Below are positions 13,440-23,858 of a DNA stretch of 64,000 bases, piece by piece (positions within the stretch are counted from its first letter, which is position 1; each line of letters starts with the position of its first letter). The position numbers were made by a program, and so were the translations under genes. The DNA is from Vicugna vicugna (taxonomy: Eukaryota), in assembly GCA_013265495.1 (NCBI GenBank), contig MU061748.1:24586103-24650102 (forward strand), in the 5' to 3' direction. The notes under the pieces are model-generated. The model worked only from the letters and a program-made list of their open reading frames with translations. It did no database searches and was not told where the DNA came from.

Positions 13440-14200
13440 AAGAAAAATAATTAAAATGACCTATAATCTGATAACTTGGGGGAAATCACTGTTAACATTT
13501 TTGCTCTCTTTTCTATGAAAATTTTCGTATACAACTACATTTTAAAATAATGGAATATACATGTATAGGCATGCATACATATATACACATACATACCAAT
13601 TTGTTGCTCACTTTTTTCCCTTAACATTTTATTGAGAAAATCTTTCCACATAAATAAATAAATAGCATCATCATCATTTTTATGGCTATGTACTATTCTA
13701 TTATAGATACAGCAGAATTTACACACCAAATCCCTTATTAACAGACTTTTCTCAATTTTTCACTATAACAAGCAATGTCCCAATTACTCATGTCATGTGT
13801 ATATTTTTGCAAACTTGTTCCATTTTCTCCCAGAAGTAGACTTGCTGGGTCAAAGGTGTATACTTTTTAAAGGGTGTTTCATATATGTTACTACTAAGTT
13901 GTCCTCCGGAAGTGATAAACCAATTAACACTCCCACTAGCAGAGTAGGGGTATCCACTTCTCTACATCCTTGTATGTCTTTGGCTAACTAGGTAGTTGAC
14001 AAAACTATGTCTTTGCATTGCTTTGGTTATAAGTAAATTTAAAATCTCATTTACTGGCCATTTTGGGATGTGTTTCCTTTGCATGTGTTTTTCAATTGGA
14101 GTGTTCATGTTTATTTTCTTGCTGATTTGTAAGCACTCGATCTTAAGGATTCTTACCTTTGTTATATGTGTTGCTGTTGAATTGACATTTAAGAAAAGAT
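13440..14200 (-). mobile_element. Old L1 (L1ME-like) 3' fragment
   Basis: GACTTGCTGGGTCAAAGGT...TTAACACTCCCACTAGCAGAGTAGG...TCTACATCCTTG. Confidence 0.7.
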
Positions 14201-15147
14201 TAAAACTGAAATGTAATAGTAAAGCAGGAAACTATTTTAATAAAATTGAAAATAAGGAAAATGTTACTTTAAAAGCAAGAGAATAAGAAATTCAGTTGAG
14301 ACAAAATAAAGAAAGCCCAGATAGAAATAGGAAACTTCAAAGTGAAAGAAAGAGAAAAATAAAAACTGTAGCAGTCAAATCGAAGAGAATTCTGGAACAA
14401 TGCCCACATTCTAGTTGGTATATTATAAGCTGTCCATAAGAAAATAAAATTGGGGTCATAGAGGACAATATGACTTATCTCAGGCAGCCTAGGGGAAGCT
14501 AGGGGCAGCTAGGGGCTATGAGGAAACCTGTGGTCTATGTAGAGATTTGCACAGCAGATGAAAATGGGGACTGGCATCCAGATCTTTACAGGACTCTATA
14601 TACTTCTTCAGACCATTAGCAAATCCTCCTAGGAGGCCAAATCCATTTAAATCCTCATTTAGGAAGGGCAGCAGATAAAAATGTAGGCAAGGAAAGAGTT
14701 ACAAAAGCAAGATGAAGTCTTGATGGGAGCAGGTTAATCTGTCATTTTAATTGCATTATCTATTCTTTTTTCCCACTAATTAGATCAAGAAGCTATTAGA
14801 GTTACAGACGCTAAAAAGTGACTCCTCTTGAAGAAACCATACACAATGAGGTGACTTACCCCACCTACTCCAGATTTCATATAAGATAAATTGAATCTCA
14901 CATGGAATTCCAAGGAAGTCTCTATCTTGAGTGGTTTTTCTGAGAGTACATGACAGTTTATCTTTAAAAAGGAGGAAGATACACAAAAACTGATTCCATG
15001 TCCACTTAGTTTTTACTGAGATCAGTTTTATGATGTCCCCGGTTTACATATGAGAACACTAAGGACCAGAAGAAATAAGTTATTTGCCTTACCAAGTTGC
15101 TCTCAACAGTGTGCACCATGGAGCTGGAATCAGAAACAACCCTAGAT

Positions 15148-15488
15148 CAGTCTGTCCAATAGAAATATAATGTGAGTCACATATGCTATTTTAAATTCTC
15201 CAGTAGCTATATTACAAAGTTAAAAGAAATAGGTGAAATTAATTTTAATATTATATTTTATTTAGCACAATATATTCAGACTAGTATCATCTTAACATGC
15301 TAATTAATATAAAAATCAATTCGATGTTTTTACATTTCCTTTTTTTCATGCTAAATCTTTGAAATCCAATATGTCTTTTACATTTACAGCACATCTCAAT
15401 TGGCACTAGCTACATTTCAAGTACTCAAGTACATTTCCAGTACTTAATAGCCATGTGTGGCTAGTGGCTACCACATTGGACAGACTGG
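15148..15488 (+). mobile_element. MER33 (hAT-Charlie MITE)
   Basis: Close to the MER33 consensus as I recall it (CTGTCCAATAGAAATATAATG...GTGGCTAGTGGCTACC...ATTGGACAG); 13-bp inverted repeat; NNCTAGAN flanks. Confidence 0.9.
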
Positions 15489-15496
15489 TTCTAGAC

Positions 15497-15675
15497 CAGT
15501 GGTTTTCAAGGTCTGTTACCCAGAACAGGAGCATCAGCATCATCTGCAACTGTTAGAATTGTGAATTCTTGGACTCCATTCCAAGTTTACTGAATCAGAC
15601 CCTCTGGGGGGTGGGGGCCACCAATCTGTATTCTAACAAGTCCCTTCTAATAATTTTGATATACCTTAAGCTTGC
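15497..15675 (+). mobile_element. MER5A (hAT-Charlie MITE)
   Basis: CAGTGGTTTTCAA...AGCATCAGCATCA...TACTGAATCAGA...CTCTGGGGGGTGGGG; right TIR decayed. Confidence 0.85.
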
Positions 15676-16205
15676 CTCTCCATTCCAATTCAAATAAACC
15701 TAGAGCAGCCATGGTAGGCTAGTACTGAAGAAGAGGACCCCTTCTCACAAGATAAACAATTCCTGGCTAGATGAAATTAGCGTTGTCTTGTAATGGAAAT
15801 CTTCTAGTCCTACTCATGGTTCCATTTCTGGGGACTATGGAATGAATTACCAACACAAAATTTAAACATTATTTCACTTAACATTTTATTTAAGGAAGAA
15901 AAAAAAAACAGTAACCACCCTATACTATCACTTTGTGTTTATTTATTAACTTTTCTTGTCCTCAGTTTCCTCATCCATAAAATAGGGATTGTTTAATAAA
16001 TGCTAGCAACTTTAAAATGTACTGTGCACCAAAAAGAAAAAAGTCAGCAAATTGATATTTTAAAACTACAGTTAAAAAATTAGTGGGCAGGAAAGGTAAT
16101 TTTATAGATTCGGGGCATAGAAGTAGAAGACAATTCACTTATATTTTTCAGAACATTAGATTTGCTGAGGGGGCAGGGTAGGATTCTTGCCAAAATCATT
16201 AAGGA

Positions 16206-16337
16206 NNNNNNNNNNNNNNNNNNNNNNNNNNNNNNNNNNNNNNNNNNNNNNNNNNNNNNNNNNNNNNNNNNNNNNNNNNNNNNNNNNNNNNNNNNNNNNN
16301 NNNNNNNNNNNNNNNNNNNNNNNNNNNNNNNNNNNNN
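16206..16337. other. Assembly gap (132 N)
   Basis: N run. Confidence 1.
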
Positions 16338-17164
16338 GTACAAAAGTTGGATAGGAAATAAAGACTGATGCACTCCCAACTGTATACTAAACCAGCTATC
16401 ATTTCACCAAGGAAAGTCTGAGCAAAAGCTCAGACTCAATGAAGGGAAAAGAAAACATAAGAAGGCTGAATGTCACAAGAAACCAAAGAAAACCAACGGC
16501 TACAATTGAACTTGATTTTGGAAAAAACTATACAAACAAATCTGTACTCTGTGATTGCAGATTCCTTAGTCGCCGCCTGCTCTCTCCACCCGCATTTCAG
16601 TAATAATTCCGCAAGACTTTTGCTTGAATATGTATATGCACAACGAAGAAAAAATTAACCTTAATTTTCCCCATCTCCTCCCCTTCCTTGTCTTTTCCTC
16701 CTCCTCCTTATAATTATTAATAATATTAAATGTGCATTTCCAGGGTTCTCTTAGCTTTTCCAGGTTTCTGTGAGGGGATTCTACTTGCTCCGTACTCTTC
16801 GGTTTGATTAGAGAAAACTCTTTCATCACCCTAGCACTTTTCCAATTTATCCTCCCACCTTCAAATGAAAAGACACCAGAAAGGCAAAATAGCCCTTTCC
16901 AGAGGCAGGTTCCTATGGTTTTGAGGGAATGGCAGATGCCCTCCTGCAGTGACAGCTGCAACCTTCCGCAAAGCAGAAAATGCATCTCACACTCTCCCAT
17001 CTTCCTCCGACTTAACCCACAATCTCACAAGTCCACATAAACCATTAAAACGCACATACACAACTCCTCCAACCTCGCATCCCCTCTCACAGCCTACACT
17101 GCATGCACGCCAGGATGCCCGATGCCTCAGTAAAGCTCAACCCACTCGGTGACCCCACCCATCG

Positions 17165-17228
17165 CCGCCCCGCCCCGCCCCAGTCACCAATGGTCGTCGC
17201 CCACAGCTCCCGAGGGGCCCGTTGATAG
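17165..17228 (+). promoter_or_regulatory. Proximal promoter motifs: tandem GC boxes, CCAAT box, GATA site
   Basis: CCGCCCCGCCCCGCCCC (17165-17181, Sp/KLF type), CCAAT (17187-17191) and TGATAG (17223-17228), about 70-135 nt upstream of the inferred TSS; no TATA box seen. Confidence 0.6.
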
Positions 17229-17352
17229 GGCAGGAGCGCCTGCCACTCTTGCGGTGCGTCCCGCCCCCTCCTCACTCCCTGCTGGGGCTGAAGGGGCTGG
17301 AGCATCAGCGCGAGTAGCTGTGAGCAGCCGCGGCAGCGGCGGCGCGTCGTTG

Positions 17353-17367
17353 CAGTTGCGCCATCTG
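17353..17367 (+). promoter_or_regulatory. YY1-like site with flanking E-box/Myb-type hexamers just downstream of the TSS
   Basis: CAGTTG (17353-17358) followed by CGCCATCTG (17359-17367; YY1 consensus CGCCATNTT); a 5'-UTR position is typical for YY1 sites. Confidence 0.4.
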
Positions 17368-17744
17368 TCAGGAGCGGAGCCTGTGGGGAGGGGGCTGCCG
17401 CGGGAGAGGAGGAGGGGTCGCCGCGAGCTGAAGGCCGCCGAGACCCGCCCGCCGGCCGGCCGCGAGACCAGAGGCGAGGCTGCCCTCGGAGCCGCGCGTC
17501 CACCGCGGTTCGGGCGCGCGGGGCTTCATCCGACGCACCGAGGGCTCCCCGGGCGCACACAAAGCCGCCGCCCGCTCCGCACCGCCCGGCGGCCGCCGCC
17601 CGCGCCTGGGAGGGATCCGGCCGCCGGGCCGGCGACACCCGGCGCCGCCCCCTGGGCACTCTCTGGAGGCCCACCGGCTCCCGGGCCCGCTGAGGAGCCA
17701 CCGGAGCCACTTCGGCCGCGCCGGAGGAGGGCGGGGAGAGGACC

Positions 17745-17750
17745 ATGTGA
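17745..17750 (+). other. Start-stop uORF (ATG TGA) in the FYN leader
   Basis: GGACC-ATG-TGA, with A at -3; it is the first ATG I find in exon 1. Confidence 0.8.
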
Positions 17751-17768
17751 ATGGGCTCCGGAGCCTGA
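17751..17768 (+). other. uORF M-G-S-G-A-stop
   Basis: ATG GGC TCC GGA GCC TGA directly abutting the start-stop element; G at +4, T at -3. Confidence 0.6.
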
Positions 17769-18184
17769 GCGCAGCGCAGGTAAGCGGCAGGGATGCGACG
17801 TGGGGCCGCGGGGATGCTGCGGAGATGCCGGTCGCCGGCGCCCCCGCGAAGCGCCGCCCCCGCCGCGGGGCCCGGCGCTGCAGTCTCTTGGCCGCTACCG
17901 GGGAATTGGCCCCGCTCGGAGTCTTCCCGTGGTCGTGCCGGAGGACACCTCTACGGGGTGCGGCCCAGAGGTAGCGCAGGGATGGGGGGCCCATTTCCTC
18001 GCCCGCGAGCGGGCGCGGGGTGTGAAGACAAATTGGCTTGGGGGAGAGGCTGGCCCAGACTCCGCCCCCGCCCTCCTTTCGGGGCCCCCCGCGGGGACCC
18101 GGGCTGTGTGTGTTGTTTTAATGTCGGGGATGATGTAATCACTTAATAATTGATGCCCCGTGCTGCTTCCCTCCCCACCCCACC

Positions 18185-18217
18185 NNNNNNNNNNNNNNNN
18201 NNNNNNNNNNNNNNNNN
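18185..18217. other. Assembly gap (33 N)
   Basis: N run within a C-rich tract. Confidence 1.
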
Positions 18218-18602
18218 CCACCCCACGCTTGCCCCACTGCCCCACCTCTAGGCCTCCTCCTCCTGCGGCCGTCGCGTTCCCCGCCGCATCCTCCTGCCTA
18301 TTTCTGGCACCTCCCTTGCACTTCCCCCATCCTCCCCTCCACTCTTCCTGTGCCACCACCCACCCTTCCTCAGTCCCCTGTGCTGGGGCCTTCGCTTCTC
18401 TTCCTCTGACCCCCCACCCCTTGTGCTCCCGCAGGCTCCTTTCCCCTCCCTTCCCTGCTCGCTGGATTTCCCCTCTACTTCTCTAGATCGATGACTGTTT
18501 TTGTTTGGTCGCCTCCCCTCTCTTATCTCTGCGGCCACAGGCGGAGGGGACTGAGCCAGAAAGAGGCCACCGAGCTAGGGCCCAGGCGGAGATTTGCTGG
18601 GA

Positions 18603-18738
18603 NNNNNNNNNNNNNNNNNNNNNNNNNNNNNNNNNNNNNNNNNNNNNNNNNNNNNNNNNNNNNNNNNNNNNNNNNNNNNNNNNNNNNNNNNNNNNNNNNN
18701 NNNNNNNNNNNNNNNNNNNNNNNNNNNNNNNNNNNNNN
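18603..18738. other. Assembly gap (136 N)
   Basis: N run. Confidence 1.
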
Positions 18739-20277
18739 CACAGAGAGGAGACACACAAAGTACCCAAGGATGGGTGCGATGCTTCTTCTTTCTCTTCCCT
18801 GGGGCTTCCCTTTCTCTCAGATAAAGCAGTTGATCTTCTCTCTGAAAGTCTTTCCTGCCACATTTACCAAAAAATAAAAGGCCCCAGATGCAGGGTGGCA
18901 GGTGCTGGCATTTTGCTGTATTCATGGACCGGTAGTGTTGACTGGCAGCTGCAGTATTTCTTAGATGTAAGGGGGAAATGACTTCAGCCGTGTTAAGAGT
19001 TGCTTTACTTTCAAGGTAGCACGCCCCCTCCGCCCACTTTTAACCCCCTTTCACTTCAGGGGGTAGGATACATTGGTGAGGGGGGAGAAGAATTTTGTTA
19101 CTGAAAGAGAGTTAAATTGGTGTTTGATGGGGTGAGGCAGCCTGACTTGCTTCTTTTTTCAAGTTTAAGGAGTACTGAAGTCTTTTGAAATGAAGTCTTG
19201 TCTGTCCAGTGATTGTTGTTTTACCCTTATATTTTAAAAAGTTCCTGGGGACATTGCTGACACAGCATTAAAATGGTATTTGGAAGACCACTGGAGACTC
19301 TCTTCCCTGCTTCAGGGTAGCCTTCAGACTCCCACATCCTTCCTCTCACCACCAAGTGACTGCAGTACTTTCCACCCTTTGTACTCTCTTTCCCAAGTCC
19401 CTGTCCCATGGGTACTGTACTTTCAGATGAAGGGACTCAGATTTTTGGAGGAAGTGGTTTTGTTAACTCTCTCAGGTTTTGGAGGCACTTCGCTATGAGC
19501 AAAGGATGTAGAGAGTCTTTAAACTGAACTCTTAAACCATCTGCTTGATGATCCTCTTAAGGAGGAAATGTTAATGTAAATCTGGGGGCTTAATGTTCCA
19601 TTTTGTAAGCTAGTGACTATTACATGCTTAATCAGTAGTGTCAAAACTTAGGGTGAACCCACTGATTCCTAAGAGCATGGCTCTTTGACTATTATAAGTA
19701 ATAGAACTGTCTCAAGTTTGTTCTTCAAGAATTTTATTAGAAGGGTTGTTATGGTTCATTAAACATTTACTTCTCCACTTTCGAAGGACATTCATCTTGG
19801 AACTTTCTATATTTAAAAAAAAAGCAATAGGGTTAATGAGTGTACTGTAAAAAATAAAGCGTTGTTTGATGCCAGACCCAGGAAGGAAAGTCAGTGCACA
19901 ATAAACTCACACTCTGTTGACTGAGTTCAAGAGAATGATAAGGTTGAATGTGAACAAACACATACTCTTTCTATACCTTTACTCCATACTTTCTCCTGGG
20001 TCTGGAATCTCCAACTCCATCTGATTTGCTTGGTTCCTGTTAAACCTTGAGGGCCCAACTCAAGTCTTTTACTCTGGGATGCTTTTTCCATCCTTCTCCC
20101 TTCAAACAAATCACCATGCCTCCAATTTTGTTTTCACACTTCAGCAGCTGGCATTATGTTTGGCACATGTCTGTTTCCATCATTAGTTGATCAGCACGTT
20201 GAAAGAAGGAACCTGGTCTTATTTAGCTTGTTTCAACAAATGTGAATTATGTCTTTGGTATGTGCTAGGCACCTGGA

Positions 20278-20690
20278 TCAATTAGGCTAATGTTAGCAGC
20301 TGTAACAAATAGCCCTGCAAAAACAATGGCTCAAAAGCAATAGATGTTTATTATTCCACATGTAATAGTCCAAAATGGGTATTTCTGGTCAGTGGGTGGC
20401 TTTCCTTCATTCAGTGACTCTGGACCCCAAGCTCCACCATCCCATAGGGCTCCACTGTAACCTGCTTTCAGCTGGCAGAAGGACAAAAGGGGGAGTGGAG
20501 GGGAAGCACCCCCTTTTTAAATGCCTTGGCTGGGAAATGACACCCATCTCTGCACTTACATCCTTTACTTGAGGGCTAGTTATATGGCCACAAAAGAGTA
20601 CATGCAAAAAAGTCTGGGAAATATAGTTTAGCCATGTGACCAGAAAAAAGGTCAAGAAGAAATGTATTTTTGGCCTGCAGCTTTGTCATA
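20278..20690 (-). mobile_element. MaLR solo LTR (MLT1J/K-like)
   Basis: TTAGGCTAATGTTAGCAGCTGTAACAAATAGCCC...CTGGGAAATATAGTTTAGC. Confidence 0.7.
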
Positions 20691-21299
20691 TGCTGCCACC
20701 CAAGGCATAGTCATTGCCCTCAAGGAGTTTATAGGCTGTTGAGAATTAAATGGAAACCTAGAGCCTATAACCATTGTTGCTTTCATTCTTTGGATTTTAT
20801 AAATTCAGAGTCTTTTCATTTTAAACACTTTTCCCAAACTGTTGCTTTCTGTTGGGTGCAGTGGCCAGTTTCCACCCAGTAATCCCCTGTAATACAGTGA
20901 TCTCCTGGCTCCTGTGCTGACTTTGATAATGGCTCTCCAGTAGCACATTTGTTGGCCTAGATTTTTATCTGCTGATTTCATAGACTCCCCAAGGGCTAGG
21001 AGGGTCTTCAGAAATCACAGTCCTACCTTCTCTAATTGGGAGAGGAAATTAAGCAGACTCCAGAGAAGAAACTTACTGCCCCAGGCCAGGCTCATGGGAA
21101 AGGAGTCCCCGCCTTCCCAGCTCTTCAGTCCCGCCTGGGTGCCCTCCATCCCACAGCTGTCCTGAGTTGATGACTGAGCCCTGAATCTTCCATGGAGTTG
21201 AGTGAGCTCCCAGACCCCCAGGAACAGGGTGAACTGCTAGTGCTCTGGATGGTCCCTGTCCTCCACACGCCTCCAAGTTGTTGGAGCAGTTCTATCCGT

Positions 21300-21790
21300 A
21301 CTAGTCATCATACTTAGTAATGCACATATTTTTGCTATAAACAGTTCATTATATTCATCTGTTCTGCAAACATTAGCCCAGTATGTTATTGTGTGCAAGG
21401 CACAGGAAGATAGAATCAGAAAAATGAATACTTCTGCTGTCCTCACTGTTTAAGAGCTCAGTCTACTAGGAGAGATAAAAATAGTACATAACAGCTACTT
21501 TTGATTGAGCATTTATGTGTCAAGCAGTGTTTTAAGTTCTAATATTAATGATATTGGCACCTGCAACTAATATAATATTGTAAATCAACTTTAGTTCAGT
21601 TGAAAAACAATAATGATCTGAGGTGGTTTCACTTATAATCCCCGTTTTACAGATGGGAAGATGAAGCAAGGGAAGTTAAGTAACTAACTGAAGATCATAC
21701 GTAGCTGGTAAGTGGTAGAGTCAGGATTCAGGCCCAGTTAGTTTGATTTCAAAGCCCTTGCTCTTCGCCTTGAAGCAATATGCAAAATAC
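21300..21790 (-). mobile_element. L2 3' end plus MIR, with a short sense L1 tail at ~21553-21610
   Basis: CATTCATCTGTTC...GTCTACTAGGAGAGA (L2); TTTTACAGATGGGAAGATGAAGC...TTCAGGCCCAG (MIR); ATTGTAAATCAACTTTAGTTCAGTTGAAAAA (L1 tail). Confidence 0.6.
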
Positions 21791-22550
21791 CTCATATGGA
21801 AATAATGATGACATTAAGTAAAATGTGTTACATGCTGTAAGGGAGGGTGACAGAAATGCATTGGAAGTTGATACTTTTGGTTATTGGGAAATATAACTTT
21901 ATATTTAAATAAAAAATAAATGTCCATTCCTATCTCCATCCTACATTTAGACTCTCATTTATTGCTCACTTAAGAAATAAAAAATTAAAACATAGGAAAT
22001 CAAAAGTATGTTGATACTGGAAATACTTTTACTCTGTGTGAGCCTTTGTTTTAAGTGGGTCCTGCTGTGGTCCACAGATAGGTCCCTGTAAGAGTTTGTG
22101 AATTGTCCTGCACACTCACGCATCCAGCTGCATTCATTCGCTGTATCTACCACTTGCCAGACTATGAACTAGATGCTTCAGGAATGAAGAGGTGTAATCC
22201 TGCCCCAAGGAACCGCACAAGGAAATCTCTGACCACTGTCATAACTGCTTTGATCTGATTTGTGTTTTGTAAAGTGTGGGCTGTTGACCAGAGATGGTCA
22301 AGACCAATTCAGGGAAGGTAGTTATGGAAACTCAGATGAGTAATTGATGAGGGGCTGCATGGAAGTGGGGATGGAGCAAAAGAGACAGAACAAGAGAGGG
22401 TGAAGCAGTATATTGGGGGATGGGGACAGGAGGGGTCCTTGAGCAGTGGGTGGAGAGAGGCATGCAGACAAGCAATACTATACAGTCAGAGAGGCAGTGT
22501 TTAAGTGATGACTTTATCACAGACACTTTGAACTTTCCAGTCATGGTAAC

Positions 22551-23027
22551 TTTTTTTTTTAGTTGAAGAAGTCAATTTACAACGTTGTGTTAATTCCTGG
22601 TTTACAGCATAGTGATTCAGTTGTATATGTGTGTGTGTGTGTGTGTATTCCTTTTCATATTTTTCATTACCAGCTCTTACAAGGTATTGAATATAGTTCC
22701 CTGTGCTATATAGTAGGACCTTGTTGTTTGTTTTATGTATAGCAATTAGTATCTACAAATCTCAAATTCCCAATTTATGCCTTCACCTCCTCTCCTTTTC
22801 CCCCCTGGTAACTGTAAGTTTGTTTTCTATGTCTGTGAGTCAGTTTTGTAAACAAGTTCATTTGTGTCATTTTTTTAAGGTTCCACATATAAGTGATATC
22901 ATATGGTATTTTGCTCTGGCTTGCTTCACTTAGTATGACGGTCTCTAGGTCCATCCATGTTGCTGCAAATACATTATTTTATTCTTTTTTGTGGCCAAGT
23001 AGTATTCCATTCTGTATACATACCACA
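22551..23027 (-). mobile_element. L1 3' end (younger, laurasiatherian-type) inserted into an antisense L2
   Basis: T run followed by AGTTGAAGAAGTCAATTTACAACGTTGTGTTAATTCCTGG...TCTAGGTCCATCCATGTTGCTGCAAAT; L2 continues on both sides (to ~22150 and ~23360). Confidence 0.85.
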
Positions 23028-23702
23028 GTGGTCCAGGTATCTTGTAGGCAGTTGAACAGATGGATCTGGAGTGAACAGTAGGACTCAAATATACATCTGT
23101 TAGCAGCACATTGCAAAATACTCAGAGCCATGGATACTGGCAATATCACTCAGGAAAAGTGGAGAGTAGAGAGAGCAGACAAGGCTGAGGAAGAGCCAGG
23201 GAGCAGAGGAGGAAGGGAACCCCAGGCCCTGAGTGGGAGAGGTACACCCAGAGTATTGGGTGGGCCCTGGGAGAGAGGGGACCCTGATCCCCAGGAGGGG
23301 AGGGCTATGCCCCAGATGTTAAGCAAGATTAAGAATGAAAAGTGCAGTTGGATTTAGCACCCCACCAGAGGAGCATGAGAGTAGGAATCTAACACTCAGC
23401 TGCTCTCCAGACCAAGGTAAAAACATGTAGCAAAACCCACAGGACATACAACCATAGGGGACTTAGAGATCGTGTGGCCCAGCAGGTCCATTTTACTTAT
23501 GAGGAAAAATGAGGCCCAGAGTGGCTAGATGACTTGTCCAAGGTGGCAGAGTCACCACTGAGAGCCAAGTTTCAAGCCTTTCAGCCCAGGTGAGGGATGT
23601 GGTCAATAGCATGGACTCAGGGTATGATCTTGGCCCACCCTCTTCCAGCTGTGTGAGCTGGGCCAAGTTATTCAGTCTCTCTGTGCCTCCCTTTCTTCAT
23701 CT

Positions 23703-23858
23703 TTATTTATTTATTTTTAAACTTTTATCTTTTGTTGCTGTTGTTGTTGGGGGAGGGTGTGCTTAGGTTTGTTTGTTTTTGATGGCGATACTGGGGGTTG
23801 AACCCAGGACCTGCGGCATGCTAGGCATGTACTCTACCCCTGAGCTGTACCCTCCCCC
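23703..23858 (-). mobile_element. Camelid tRNA-Ala-derived SINE (Vic-1 type, long form) inserted in a MIR
   Basis: Reverse complement has an A box, B box GGTTCAACCCC and a 3' extension; degenerate TSD TCTTCATCTTT/TCTTCACCATT. Confidence 0.85.

Larger units (their letters stand above)
17300..17779 (+). other. FYN: FYN exon 1 (non-coding 5' UTR exon; start approximate)
   Basis: GCGGCGGCGCGTCGTTGCAGTTGCGCCATCTGTCAGGAGCGGAGC...GGAGAGGACCATGTGA...GCGCAG matches the human FYN mRNA leader as I recall it. It ends at a canonical donor, GCAG|GTAAGC (intron starts at 17780), and lies inside a CpG island. Confidence 0.9.
17100..18300. promoter_or_regulatory. FYN: CpG island / FYN promoter
   Basis: Abrupt switch to very GC-rich, CpG-dense sequence against a CpG-depleted background; spans exon 1 and the start of intron 1. 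Confidence 0.93.

Noticed and set aside
16080-16402. ORFs spanning N gaps (also at 18.2, 18.6, 54.6 and 58.0 kb, including the 188-aa ORF at 57822-58388)
   Set aside because: Their length comes from X codons in assembly gaps.
17087-18146. Overlapping long ORFs in the CpG island (329 aa +, 219 aa -, 208 aa - and others)
   Set aside because: Low-complexity R/P/A/G translations from stop-poor GC-rich DNA. They cross the exon-1 donor, and in the spliced mRNA the 329-aa frame closes at GTT TTT TGA early in exon 2.
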